Assembly: GCA_937995505.1 (NCBI GenBank)
Contig: CALKJV010000097.1
Location: 1-32,519, forward strand
Reading direction: 5' to 3'
Origin: an uncultured Bacteroidia bacterium
Lineage (GTDB): Bacteria; Bacteroidota; Bacteroidia; SpSt-205
DNA: 32,519 nt
Shown: piece by piece, positions 25,065-32,519 of the stretch
Layout: each line of letters starts with the position of its first letter
Position numbering within the stretch: the stretch's first letter is position 1
Translations under genes and position numbers: made by a program
The notes under the pieces: model-generated
Told to the model about the DNA's origin: nothing
The model's database searches: none
The model's input: only the letters and a program-made list of their open reading frames with translations

Positions 25065-26916
25065 TGTAATTGTCGTCGGCGCCGGTCACGCTGGCAACGA
25101 GGCCGCAGCCGCAGCGGCCCACTTAGGGTGCTCAGTGCTTTTGATTACCCAAGACATGACCAAAATCGGCCAAATGTCTTGCAACCCCGCCATGGGCGGT
25201 ATCGCCAAAGGACAGCTCGTACGAGAGATAGACGCCCTCGGAGGGCTCTCGGGTATCATAACAGACGAGACCATGATACAGTTTCGCATGCTCAATCGCT
25301 CTAAAGGTCCTGCCCTGTGGAGTCCTCGAGCCCAAAATGACCGAGCCGCCTTCGCCGCTCGATGGCGCTGGCACTTGGAGCAAATCCCTAACCTCTTTTT
25401 CTGGCAAGATACAGTTACGGGCCTCCTTCTCACACCTGACAAACGGCAGGTTCTCGGCGTACAGACCCGCACTGGGAAAACCTTCACTGCACAGACCGTC
25501 GTATTGACTACGGGCACCTTCCTAGGGGGGCTCATTCACATAGGCCTCGTACAGCAGCCGGGCGGCCGCATGGGCGAAGCCGCAAGCTACGGTGTCACCG
25601 AACAGCTGCGAGAAATCGGTTTTGAAACAGGCCGCATGAAAACCGGCACCCCTCCCCGCATAGACGGTCGCACCGTAGATTTCTCCCGAATGGAACCCCA
25701 GTACGGCGATGAACCACCCGGCCGCTTCTCTTACGAAGATACCCCGCCCCTTACCGACCAGCTGCCTTGCTGGATCACCTACACAAACCCCAAAGTGCAT
25801 CGCGTCCTAGAAGAAGGCCTTTCTCAGTCCCCTCTCTACACGGGCGTAATCCAAGGCATCGGTCCTCGCTACTGCCCCTCCATAGAAGATAAAATCGTGC
25901 GCTTCTCCGAAAAAGAACGGCACCAGCTCTTTCTAGAACCCGAAGGCCGCCACACCGTGGAAATGTACCTCAACGGCTTTTCCTCCTCCTTGCCCGAAGC
26001 CATACAAGTAGAAGCCCTCCACCATATCCCGGGCCTTGAGAATGCCCGCATCTTTCGGCCAGGATATGCCATAGAGTATGATTACTTCCCTCCCTACCAG
26101 CTGCATCCCACCTTAGAGACCCGCCTGGTAGAGAATCTCTTCTTTGCTGGCCAAATCAACGGCACCACAGGCTACGAAGAAGCCGCCGCCCAAGGCATCA
26201 TTGCAGGCATGAACGCCGCCACCAAAGTGAAAAACCTCCCCCCCTTCACACTAAGCCGGGATGAGGCATACATCGGAGTACTTATTGACGACCTGATTAC
26301 AAAAGGCGTAGATGAGCCCTACCGAATGTTTACTTCCCGGGCGGAGTTTCGGCTGCTGCTGCGCCAAGACAATGCGGACCTGCGCCTTACTGAAAAAAGC
26401 TACCGCTTCGGGCTTACTTCCGAGCGGCGCTATGGGCGCATGAGAAGCCGCAGAGAGCAAATCCAACAGCTCCTCGCTTATCTAAAAGACACCAAAGCAC
26501 CCCCAGACTTAGTGAATGGCTGGCTTGAGTCGCTCGGCGAAGCTCCCATCTCTCAAAAAGTACCCCTCTCTACCCTTCTCTTACGCCCCAGAGTAACCCT
26601 CCAAGGATTAGCGCAGCTGCACCCAGAGCTGCAAGTCTTCTTAGCGCGCTTAGACCCTACAGCCATAGAGACCGCTGAAATTGAGCTTACCTATGGTGGC
26701 TATTTGGAGAAGGAGCGGTTGCAAGCCGAGAAGCTCCGCCGACTAGAAGAAGTACCCTTACCCGAGAGTTTAGACTTCCGTCAGATGGCTTTCCTGTCTT
26801 TTGAAGCCCGGGAAAAACTCCAAAAACATCGGCCCCGCACGATTCGTCAAGCCAGCCAAATCAGCGGCGTAAGCCCCGCTGATATTAGCGCCTTGCTCAC
26901 CTATTTAGGGCGATGA
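25039..26916 (+). CDS. mnmG: tRNA uridine-5-carboxymethylaminomethyl(34) synthesis enzyme MnmG (GidA)
   Basis: The ATG at 25039 gives MKHPKSEFDVIVVGAGHAGNEAA, the FAD GxGxxG motif. PAMGGIAKG, GPRYCPSIEDK and FAGQINGTTGYEEAAAQG are MnmG signatures. Confidence 0.93.
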   Translation: MKHPKSEFDVIVVGAGHAGNEAAAAAAHLGCSVLLITQDMTKIGQMSCNPAMGGIAKGQLVREIDALGGLSGIITDETMIQFRMLNRSKGPALWSPRAQNDRAAFAARWRWHLEQIPNLFFWQDTVTGLLLTPDKRQVLGVQTRTGKTFTAQTVVLTTGTFLGGLIHIGLVQQPGGRMGEAASYGVTEQLREIGFETGRMKTGTPPRIDGRTVDFSRMEPQYGDEPPGRFSYEDTPPLTDQLPCWITYTNPKVHRVLEEGLSQSPLYTGVIQGIGPRYCPSIEDKIVRFSEKERHQLFLEPEGRHTVEMYLNGFSSSLPEAIQVEALHHIPGLENARIFRPGYAIEYDYFPPYQLHPTLETRLVENLFFAGQINGTTGYEEAAAQGIIAGMNAATKVKNLPPFTLSRDEAYIGVLIDDLITKGVDEPYRMFTSRAEFRLLLRQDNADLRLTEKSYRFGLTSERRYGRMRSRREQIQQLLAYLKDTKAPPDLVNGWLESLGEAPISQKVPLSTLLLRPRVTLQGLAQLHPELQVFLARLDPTAIETAEIELTYGGYLEKERLQAEKLRRLEEVPLPESLDFRQMAFLSFEAREKLQKHRPRTIRQASQISGVSPADISALLTYLGR

Positions 26917-28127
26917 ACGGAAAAGCCCGACAGCCCTCCCGATTCCCCTGGTTTGCTCTCTGGATAGGAAGCCTTCTCTTCGCTCAGCAGGGCACCCGAG
27001 ACTTTGCTGCCGAGCGCAAGAAACTAGAACGGCGCCGCCAACAGATTGAAGTGGAGCTCCAACAGACGCAAAACCTTCTCAACCAGACTCGCAGCCAAAA
27101 AAAGCAGTCCTTGACCGAAATGACTCTCCTACGCCGCCAGATCGCCCTCCGGGAAAAGCTCCTCTATAGCATCCAGCAGGAACTGCAACTCTTAGAACAA
27201 GATATTTACCGCTTAGCTACGGTGCGGGATGCATTAGAGCGCGACCTGAAGCGCTTGTATCGCAGCTATGTGTGGACTCTTTACCTCTTAGACAAAAACC
27301 AGCGAGAGGTAAGCCCATGGATCTGGATCTTGAGCGCTGAGTCCTTTCGTCAGGCCTACGAGCGGATGTTTTACTTCCGAGCGGTGTCACGATTTCGGGA
27401 GGAGCAGCTGCGGCTCATTCAGCGCACCCAATACTTTTTAGGGGGACGCACAGAAGAGCTTCGTAAGACCCGACAAGATAAGCAGCGGCTTTTAGCGCTC
27501 TACCTTGAGCAGGCAAAAGCCCTTCAACGCAGCCGAGAGGAGAAGCGGGCCGTATATCAGCAGCTCCAGAAGCAAGAGCAGAACTACCGCCAGCGGCTCA
27601 CGCAGTCCCGACGAGAGCTGCAGCAAATCCAGAAGCGCATTGATGAGCTAATCCGTGCGGAGGTAGAAGCGACTCAAAAAGCAGCTCTTAGCACGGCGGA
27701 GAAGCGTCTAGCAAGTGCCTTTGAGCAGAACAAGGGCCTACTCCCCTGGCCCATAGCGTCGGATAAGGTAGTGGTTACTAGCCCTTTTGGTACTGTAGAA
27801 GATGAGAGTGGCGGGCTTATCACCAATCATGGCGTGTATTTAGCGGGCACACCAGGAGCAGAGGTCCGAGCAGTCTTCGCAGGGAAGGTTACGGCTGTAA
27901 CCCAAATCCCCGGCCAAGGCAAAGTCGTTATTATTCAGCATGGCACTTACCGCACGGTATACGCCCGCTTGCGCGATACCACTGTGCAACCCGGCCAGCA
28001 AGTCTCTATCCTGACCCCAATTGGGCACCTCTCCAGCGGAGCAGAGCATGAGCCCCCGCAGTTATACTTCCTCATCTACAAAGGCAAAACCCCCATCAAT
28101 CCCTTGGAATGGGTAGCCGGCCGATAG
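26913..28127 (+). CDS. EnvC-like murein hydrolase activator / M23 peptidase with a long coiled-coil N-terminal domain
   Basis: Signal peptide FPWFALWIGSLLFAQQ, ~230 aa of heptad-rich Q/E/R/L sequence, and a C-terminal LytM-type domain (GVYLAGTPGAEVRAVFAGKV...VIIQHGTYRTVYARL). ATGA overlap with the mnmG stop. Confidence 0.8.
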   Translation: MNGKARQPSRFPWFALWIGSLLFAQQGTRDFAAERKKLERRRQQIEVELQQTQNLLNQTRSQKKQSLTEMTLLRRQIALREKLLYSIQQELQLLEQDIYRLATVRDALERDLKRLYRSYVWTLYLLDKNQREVSPWIWILSAESFRQAYERMFYFRAVSRFREEQLRLIQRTQYFLGGRTEELRKTRQDKQRLLALYLEQAKALQRSREEKRAVYQQLQKQEQNYRQRLTQSRRELQQIQKRIDELIRAEVEATQKAALSTAEKRLASAFEQNKGLLPWPIASDKVVVTSPFGTVEDESGGLITNHGVYLAGTPGAEVRAVFAGKVTAVTQIPGQGKVVIIQHGTYRTVYARLRDTTVQPGQQVSILTPIGHLSSGAEHEPPQLYFLIYKGKTPINPLEWVAGR

Positions 28128-28987
28128 TTTCCCGTGAAACCCTAACGCTCATCCAGCTGCGCGAAGAAACCTTAGAAGCGCTGATCCCCTTATACGGCCC
28201 AGCAGAAAGCCAAGCCCTCTTTCGGCAGCTCCTAAGTCACTTTTGGCCTAACTGGCAAATTGAATGGCTCATTTCACGAGGAGAAGCGCTGTTTCCTCCT
28301 TACCTCAAACCTGATTGGCAGGCGGCCCTCCGTCGTCTCCTCGCCCACGAACCTCTGGCTTACATCACAAGCGAAGTAGAATTCCTCGGCCTTTCCCTTG
28401 CTGTGCGGCCGGGTGTCTTTATCCCGCGCCCAGAAACCGAGGCTTGGGTACATGGGCTCATCCAGGCGTTCTCCTCTACTCCCCTGCGCTACATTCTGGA
28501 TATTGGCACAGGAAGCGGTGCTATCGCCCTTGCTTTGGCCCGAGCCTTCCCCCAAGCGGAAGTATATGCTGTGGAAAAAAGTCCCATTGCAGCCGAGACT
28601 GCCCGCGAGAATGCCCAACGATATCACCTACCCCTCCACTTGGCCCTAATCCCCTTCGGCGAAGCCCCCCTCCCCAGCTCCTGGCCGCAAAAGTGGGACC
28701 TTATCGTCTCAAATCCCCCCTACATCCCTTACGCCGCCTATCCCGAAACTGAACTGCGCGTCCGCCTTCACGAACCCCCAGAGGCGCTTTTCTGCAGAGA
28801 CATTGAGCCCACTGCGAAAATTCTTGACTTTGCCTCAAAAAACCTAAATGCAAACGCCCGCTGCGTTGTAGAAATTTTTCCCAAAATGGTGAAAAAACTT
28901 ATATCCCTGTGCCATGACCTGGGCCTAATAGCTCAGATACACAAGGACTTATCGGGGCGGCCACGAACCTTGTGGGTACAGCGATAG
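28109..28987 (+). CDS. prmC: release factor N5-glutamine methyltransferase
   Basis: SAM motif ILDIGTGSGAIAL and catalytic IVSNPPYIP (NPPY). 292 aa. Overlaps the upstream gene by 19 nt. Confidence 0.88.
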   Translation: MGSRPIVSRETLTLIQLREETLEALIPLYGPAESQALFRQLLSHFWPNWQIEWLISRGEALFPPYLKPDWQAALRRLLAHEPLAYITSEVEFLGLSLAVRPGVFIPRPETEAWVHGLIQAFSSTPLRYILDIGTGSGAIALALARAFPQAEVYAVEKSPIAAETARENAQRYHLPLHLALIPFGEAPLPSSWPQKWDLIVSNPPYIPYAAYPETELRVRLHEPPEALFCRDIEPTAKILDFASKNLNANARCVVEIFPKMVKKLISLCHDLGLIAQIHKDLSGRPRTLWVQR

Positions 28988-29014
28988 CCGCTCTTGAGAA
29001 AGCCTTTTTTGCGC

Positions 29015-29022
29015 TATCTTTG
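29015..29022 (+). promoter_or_regulatory. candidate -7 box TATCTTTG, 8 nt upstream of the tRNA-Pro 5' end, with TTG at 28994-28996 as a possible -33 element (18-nt spacer)
   Basis: Read directly from ctcTTGagaaagccttttttgcgcTATCTTTGccccactt-CGGGGAG. Confidence 0.45.
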
Positions 29023-29030
29023 CCCCACTT

Positions 29031-29104
29031 CGGGGAGTAGCTCAGCCCGGTAGAGCACTAGTTTAGGGGACTAGGGGCCGTGGGTTCAAATCCCGCCTCC
29101 CCGA
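29031..29104 (+). tRNA. tRNA-Pro. The hand-folded anticodon reads AGG (A34 at 29065). No encoded CCA.
   Basis: Manual cloverleaf. Acceptor CGGGGAG/CTCCCCG with C1:G72 and A73 (bacterial Pro identity). D-arm GCTC-AGCCCGGTA-GAGC. Anticodon stem CTAGT/ACTAG with loop TTAGGGG (U33, A34 G35 G36, G37). Variable loop GGGCC. T-arm GTGGG-TTCAAAT-CCCGC. Confidence 0.85.
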
Positions 29105-29175
29105 CAAGGAGAGCTAAAGCGCTCAGGTGTTCTAAAAACCCTTTGGCAAAGCTATAAGCCGTGGGGGAGGAGCTG

Positions 29176-29183
29176 TATATTTG
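29176..29183 (+). promoter_or_regulatory. candidate -7 box TATATTTG, 6 nt upstream of the aceB ATG
   Basis: Exact TAnnTTTG read from gctgTATATTTGcggcccATG. Confidence 0.4.
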
Positions 29184-29189
29184 CGGCCC

Positions 29190-30701
29190 ATGGAAGTCCC
29201 CAACTGGCTCCTCCCCCCACCCCTGCATACCCTGCTTCGCAGACTCCACAAAGCTTTAGCTCCAGAGAGAAAAGCGGCCTTGAGGGCACGGAAGTCTACC
29301 TCAGGGATCTATTCCCAGCCCAGCCAAGCTATCCGCTCCAGCCAGTGGCAGGCACGCCCCCTTCCCCCACCTCTCCAAAAGCGCTATGTAGAGATTACGG
29401 GGCCTGCCGAGCCTAAGCTCATCATCAACGCGCTGCACTCTGGCGCCGATGCCTTCATGGCTGACCTAGAAGATGCCCTTACGCCGCACTGGGAGCGCCA
29501 GCTCCAAGCCCAAGAAGCTCTCTATCACGCCGCTCGCGGACAGCTCTGCTTCACCAGTCCAGAAGGAAAGGAATACCGCTTAGACCCCGCCTACCCTACC
29601 CTCTTACTGGCGCGCCCACGCGGCCTTCACTTAGTAGAGCGACACTATTGCGTTGACGGCAAGCCCATCGCAGCCAGTTTCTTTGATACCGCCGTCTATC
29701 TCTATCATAACGCAGAAGCTTTACTTCGGCGCGGCGCTGGCCCCTACCTCTATATTCCCAAAATAGAATCTCCCGCTGAGGCTCGGGTTTGGGCGCATCT
29801 CCTCACCCTCTGCGAAGAAACCCTGGGCCTGCCCCTTGGCACCATACGAGTAACGGTGCTCATTGAGACCTTCCCCGCTGCTTTGCAGGTAGAGGAAATT
29901 GTATATGAGCTTCGCGAGCACATCGCTGGGCTCAACGCTGGCCGCTGGGATTACCTTTTTAGCGTCATCAAAGCGCACCAGCACCAACGGCATTTCGTAC
30001 TCCCCGAACGGGAGGCCCTTACCATGGAAGTGCCCTTCCTGCGCGCCTACGCCGAAGAGGTGGTACGAGCTGCCCACCGTAGGGGTATTTTAGCCATTGG
30101 GGGCATGTCGGCTTTCATTCCCGACCGAAAAAACCCAGAGCTAAACGCTCAGGCCTTCGCCCGGGTGGAAAAAGACAAGCGTCGCGAAATAGCGCAAGGA
30201 TTTGATGGAGCTTGGGTAGCGCACCCCGACCTCGTACCTCTCGTAAGAGACCTATTTGAAAAAGGTCTCCAAAGCCGGCCCAACCAGCTGGAGAAATTGC
30301 CCAGCCCCCCTGCAACTCGGGAACAGCTCTGCGCCTTCCCTTCTCTGGCGAAGCCGCTCCCCCTCCAAAGCGTAAAGCGTAACATAGAGGTTTTTCTCTT
30401 CTACCTCACCGCTTGGCTGCAAGGGCAGGGCGCCGTGGCGCTTTTTCACCTTATGGAAGATACCGCTACGGCCGAAATTGCCCGCGCCCAACTGTGGCAA
30501 TGGCTTTTCGCTGAAAAGCCCCCTCTCACCGACAGAGGCGCCCCTATCAGCGTAGCCCTCTACGAAAGCCTCATCGCTGAGGCCCTCCAAACCTACCCAA
30601 ACATCTCCGCCCAGGCTGCCCGGCTCCTACGAGAGCTTGTGTACAGTCCCACTTTTATTCCCTTCCTCACGAGTTATGCTTACCGAAGATACGTACCGTA
30701 A
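29190..30701 (+). CDS. aceB: malate synthase A
   Basis: [37 protein letters not shown] parallels E. coli AceB [37 protein letters not shown]. ~503 aa. I prefer the ATG at 29190 over the TTG at 29181. Confidence 0.9.
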   Translation: MEVPNWLLPPPLHTLLRRLHKALAPERKAALRARKSTSGIYSQPSQAIRSSQWQARPLPPPLQKRYVEITGPAEPKLIINALHSGADAFMADLEDALTPHWERQLQAQEALYHAARGQLCFTSPEGKEYRLDPAYPTLLLARPRGLHLVERHYCVDGKPIAASFFDTAVYLYHNAEALLRRGAGPYLYIPKIESPAEARVWAHLLTLCEETLGLPLGTIRVTVLIETFPAALQVEEIVYELREHIAGLNAGRWDYLFSVIKAHQHQRHFVLPEREALTMEVPFLRAYAEEVVRAAHRRGILAIGGMSAFIPDRKNPELNAQAFARVEKDKRREIAQGFDGAWVAHPDLVPLVRDLFEKGLQSRPNQLEKLPSPPATREQLCAFPSLAKPLPLQSVKRNIEVFLFYLTAWLQGQGAVALFHLMEDTATAEIARAQLWQWLFAEKPPLTDRGAPISVALYESLIAEALQTYPNISAQAARLLRELVYSPTFIPFLTSYAYRRYVP

Positions 30702-31995
30702 CCGTTCCTGGGCTGAGCGAGCAGCAGCCCTCAAGCGAAGCTGGCAAGAAGATCCTCGCTGGAAAGGTGTCGTACGCCCTTATGCCGCCGAAGAGGTGAT
30801 TCGCCTGCGGGGGTCGTATGACTTCGCCTATCCGATTGCGCAGCGAGGCGCAGAAAAATTATGGGACGCCCTCCACACTCGCCCATGGGTGGCTGGCCTG
30901 GGCGCCCTCACAGGATTACAAGCCGTACAAGAGGTAGAGGCGGGTCTACCTTCTATCTATGTGAGTGGTTGGCAGGTCGCCGCGGATGCTAACCTCGCCG
31001 CCCAAACCTATCCTGACCAGAGTCTTTATCCCGTAGAGAGCGTACCTTCCCTCGTGCGCCGCATCAATAACGCCCTCCTACGCGCCGACCAAATAGAGTT
31101 TCTGCAAAACCCTGAAAAAGGCCCTTCTCGCGACTGGCTCGTCCCTATCGTGGCTGATGCTGAAGCGGGCTTCGGTGGTAACCTCAACGCCTTTGAGCTA
31201 ATGAAAATGATGATTGAAGCCGGGGCGGCCGGCGTGCACTTTGAGGACCAGCTCTCTTCCGCAAAAAAGTGCGGCCATCTCGGCGGCAAAGTGCTCGTCC
31301 CCACCAAAGAAGCTATCCAGAAACTCATCGCTGCACGCCTCGCCGCCGACGTGCTGGGCGTACCCACTGTACTTATCGCTCGCACAGATGCCAATAGCGC
31401 CACTCTTATCACCACGGATGCCGATCCGTATGATGAGCCTTTTATTCTGCGGGACCGGGGCCGCTCGTCCGAAGGGTTCTTCTATGTGCGTTCGGGGCTG
31501 GAAGCCGCCATCGCCCGCGGCTTGGCGTATGCGCCGTACGCAGACCTGCTATGGTGCGAGACAAGCACCCCCGACCTCGGCGAAGCCAAAGAATTTGCCC
31601 AAGCTATCCATGAGAAGTTCCCTGGTAAGCTCCTGGCCTATAACTGCTCCCCTTCCTTCAACTGGAAAAAACACCTCTCCGAAAGCGAAATGCTCACCTT
31701 CCGAGAAAAGCTTGCCGAAATGGGCTACAAGTATCAGTTTATCACGCTAGCAGGCTTCCATGCACTCAATACGAGCATGTTTGAGCTGTCGCGGGCTTAC
31801 TTAGAGCGAGGCATGGCGGGCTATGCAGAACTGCAAGAGCGGGAATTTGCCCTGCAAGCTCACGGCTTCCGAGCGGTCAAGCATCAAGCTTTTGTGGGCA
31901 CAGAGTATTTTGATGCTGTGCAGCTTACCGTTACCGCAGGCCAAAGCTCCCTCGCCGCCATGGACGGGTCTACCGAAAAGGCGCAGTTTCACTGA
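30676..31995 (+). CDS. aceA: isocitrate lyase
   Basis: Catalytic loop [23 protein letters not shown], and the ICL-family C-terminus. The ATG at 30676 ([19 protein letters not shown]...) overlaps the aceB 3' end by 26 nt. Confidence 0.93.
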   Translation: MLTEDTYRNRSWAERAAALKRSWQEDPRWKGVVRPYAAEEVIRLRGSYDFAYPIAQRGAEKLWDALHTRPWVAGLGALTGLQAVQEVEAGLPSIYVSGWQVAADANLAAQTYPDQSLYPVESVPSLVRRINNALLRADQIEFLQNPEKGPSRDWLVPIVADAEAGFGGNLNAFELMKMMIEAGAAGVHFEDQLSSAKKCGHLGGKVLVPTKEAIQKLIAARLAADVLGVPTVLIARTDANSATLITTDADPYDEPFILRDRGRSSEGFFYVRSGLEAAIARGLAYAPYADLLWCETSTPDLGEAKEFAQAIHEKFPGKLLAYNCSPSFNWKKHLSESEMLTFREKLAEMGYKYQFITLAGFHALNTSMFELSRAYLERGMAGYAELQEREFALQAHGFRAVKHQAFVGTEYFDAVQLTVTAGQSSLAAMDGSTEKAQFH

Positions 31996-32035
31996 GACTT
32001 TGCCTGAGACCGGAGGGGCCTCTCTTATCCAAACC

Positions 32036-32519
32036 CTACCCTTTTACTGAATATTCGCCGCCCCGGCGCCGAAACTTCTCTTCGTCCACCTGGACCTCCT
32101 TAAGAGCCGCCTCTACTCCCACTTCGAGAATGTGCGGAGAGTACTTGTGTCCTTCCTTGTTTGCAGAATAAAAACGTCCACGAAGATCCATCATTAGATA
32201 AGAGTCTGAGATATGCTCGGTATCCTCGGACACTAGGTCTGTGTGACTCTCGTTGAGGCCTTCCCGATTCCTTTCTACGTAAGCCCGGAACTCTAAATCA
32301 GATACTCTCACTGCATCAAACTCCTTGTCGTTTTGATACTTAACGGGGCTCACCTGTAAAACCTTCCACCTTTTTGGTCGCATGAGGTTGATAAAATCTG
32401 TCATCTTCTCATCTTTATTGAACCTACATACCACGGTGTTTATCTTGAGGAAAATTCCGTTTTGGTGGCATACTTCGGCAAAACTCATTATCTTATCCTG
32501 CGAGATGACACCAGTTTTT
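32036..32519 (-). CDS. prokaryotic viperin (pVip), radical-SAM antiviral nucleotide dehydratase: C-terminal ~161 codons only (the N-terminal radical-SAM half lies beyond the window end)
   Basis: The frame stays open to the last base (…KTGVISQDKIMSFAEV…), so the track's M at 32488 is not the true start. It aligns to the human viperin C-terminal region as I recall it: KINTVVCRFN / KINSVINRFN; RWKVLQ / RWKVFQ; DSYLMMDLRGRF / DSYLILDEYMRF; HILEVGVEAAL / SILDVGVEEAI; VDEEKFRRRGGEY / FDEKMFLKRGGKY. GC is ~45% against ~57% in the neighbours. Confidence 0.85.
   Translation of the reverse strand, partial: KTGVISQDKIMSFAEVCHQNGIFLKINTVVCRFNKDEKMTDFINLMRPKRWKVLQVSPVKYQNDKEFDAVRVSDLEFRAYVERNREGLNESHTDLVSEDTEHISDSYLMMDLRGRFYSANKEGHKYSPHILEVGVEAALKEVQVDEEKFRRRGGEYSVKG

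Noticed and set aside
29058-29249. 63-aa minus-strand ORF (…EAGFEPTAPSPLN).
   Set aside because: It is the antisense translation of the tRNA-Pro T-arm/acceptor region plus the aceB promoter. This is a classic tRNA-antisense artefact.
29031-32035. tRNA-Pro as the attachment site of an island comprising aceBA and the pVip region.
   Set aside because: aceBA has host-like GC and codon usage. I could find no direct repeat of the tRNA 3' end (…TCAAATCCCGCCTCCCCGA) in the 31996-32035 spacer. No integrase is present in the window. The compositional break is at ~32000, not at the tRNA.
31996-32035. Possible bidirectional terminator hairpin (GAGACCGGAGGGGCCTCTC) between aceA and pVip.
   Set aside because: Only the outer 4 bp pair cleanly (GAGA/TCTC). 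The inner positions are C:C mismatches and there is no flanking T/A tract.
1-32519. I searched for CRISPR arrays, IS elements or inverted terminal repeats, integrases, toxin-antitoxin pairs, riboswitches and rRNA.
   Set aside because: Non-coding DNA totals only a few hundred nt, in spacers of 91 nt or less. None shows repeat-spacer periodicity or conserved riboswitch-like structure. No ORF has transposase, integrase or TA hallmarks.

Overview
A compact chromosomal segment of 32.5 kb. Hand-counted lines are about 55-60% GC. I support 29 coding regions and one tRNA. No rRNA, CRISPR array, transposase or integrase is visible. The lineage looks like Bacteroidota/FCB: there is a T9SS C-terminal sorting-domain cargo protein, a PorV/PorQ-like barrel, TAnnTTTG '-7' promoter boxes, no Shine-Dalgarno sequences, and OmpA/TPR/beta-propeller envelope proteins.

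The content is overwhelmingly housekeeping: dxs (partial), recO-like, thpR, queE, ppk1, tilS, ssb, bioB, lpxK, a purine nucleoside phosphorylase, a SerC-like aminotransferase, a crotonase, ybeY, mnmG, an EnvC-like M23 protein, prmC, tRNA-Pro and the glyoxylate shunt aceB-aceA. Genes are packed into long chains with ATGA/GTGA start-stop overlaps.

The clearest accessory signal is at the extreme 3' edge (32036-32519, minus strand). It is the C-terminal half of a prokaryotic viperin (pVip) radical-SAM antiviral enzyme. It sits in a patch of about 45% GC that starts right after aceA, so the window probably clips the border of a defence island.

Secondary observations:
- The tRNA-Pro hand-folds with an A34 (AGG) anticodon.
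- TAnnTTTG boxes recur only 4-6 nt upstream of operon-leading ATGs, which implies leaderless or near-leaderless mRNAs.
- An orphan RsbW-like kinase is translationally coupled to a ~1090-aa coiled-coil membrane protein.
- A PorV/PorQ-like barrel, an NHL lipoprotein and an M23 peptidase form a cluster.

I found no convincing novel multi-gene system wholly inside the window.
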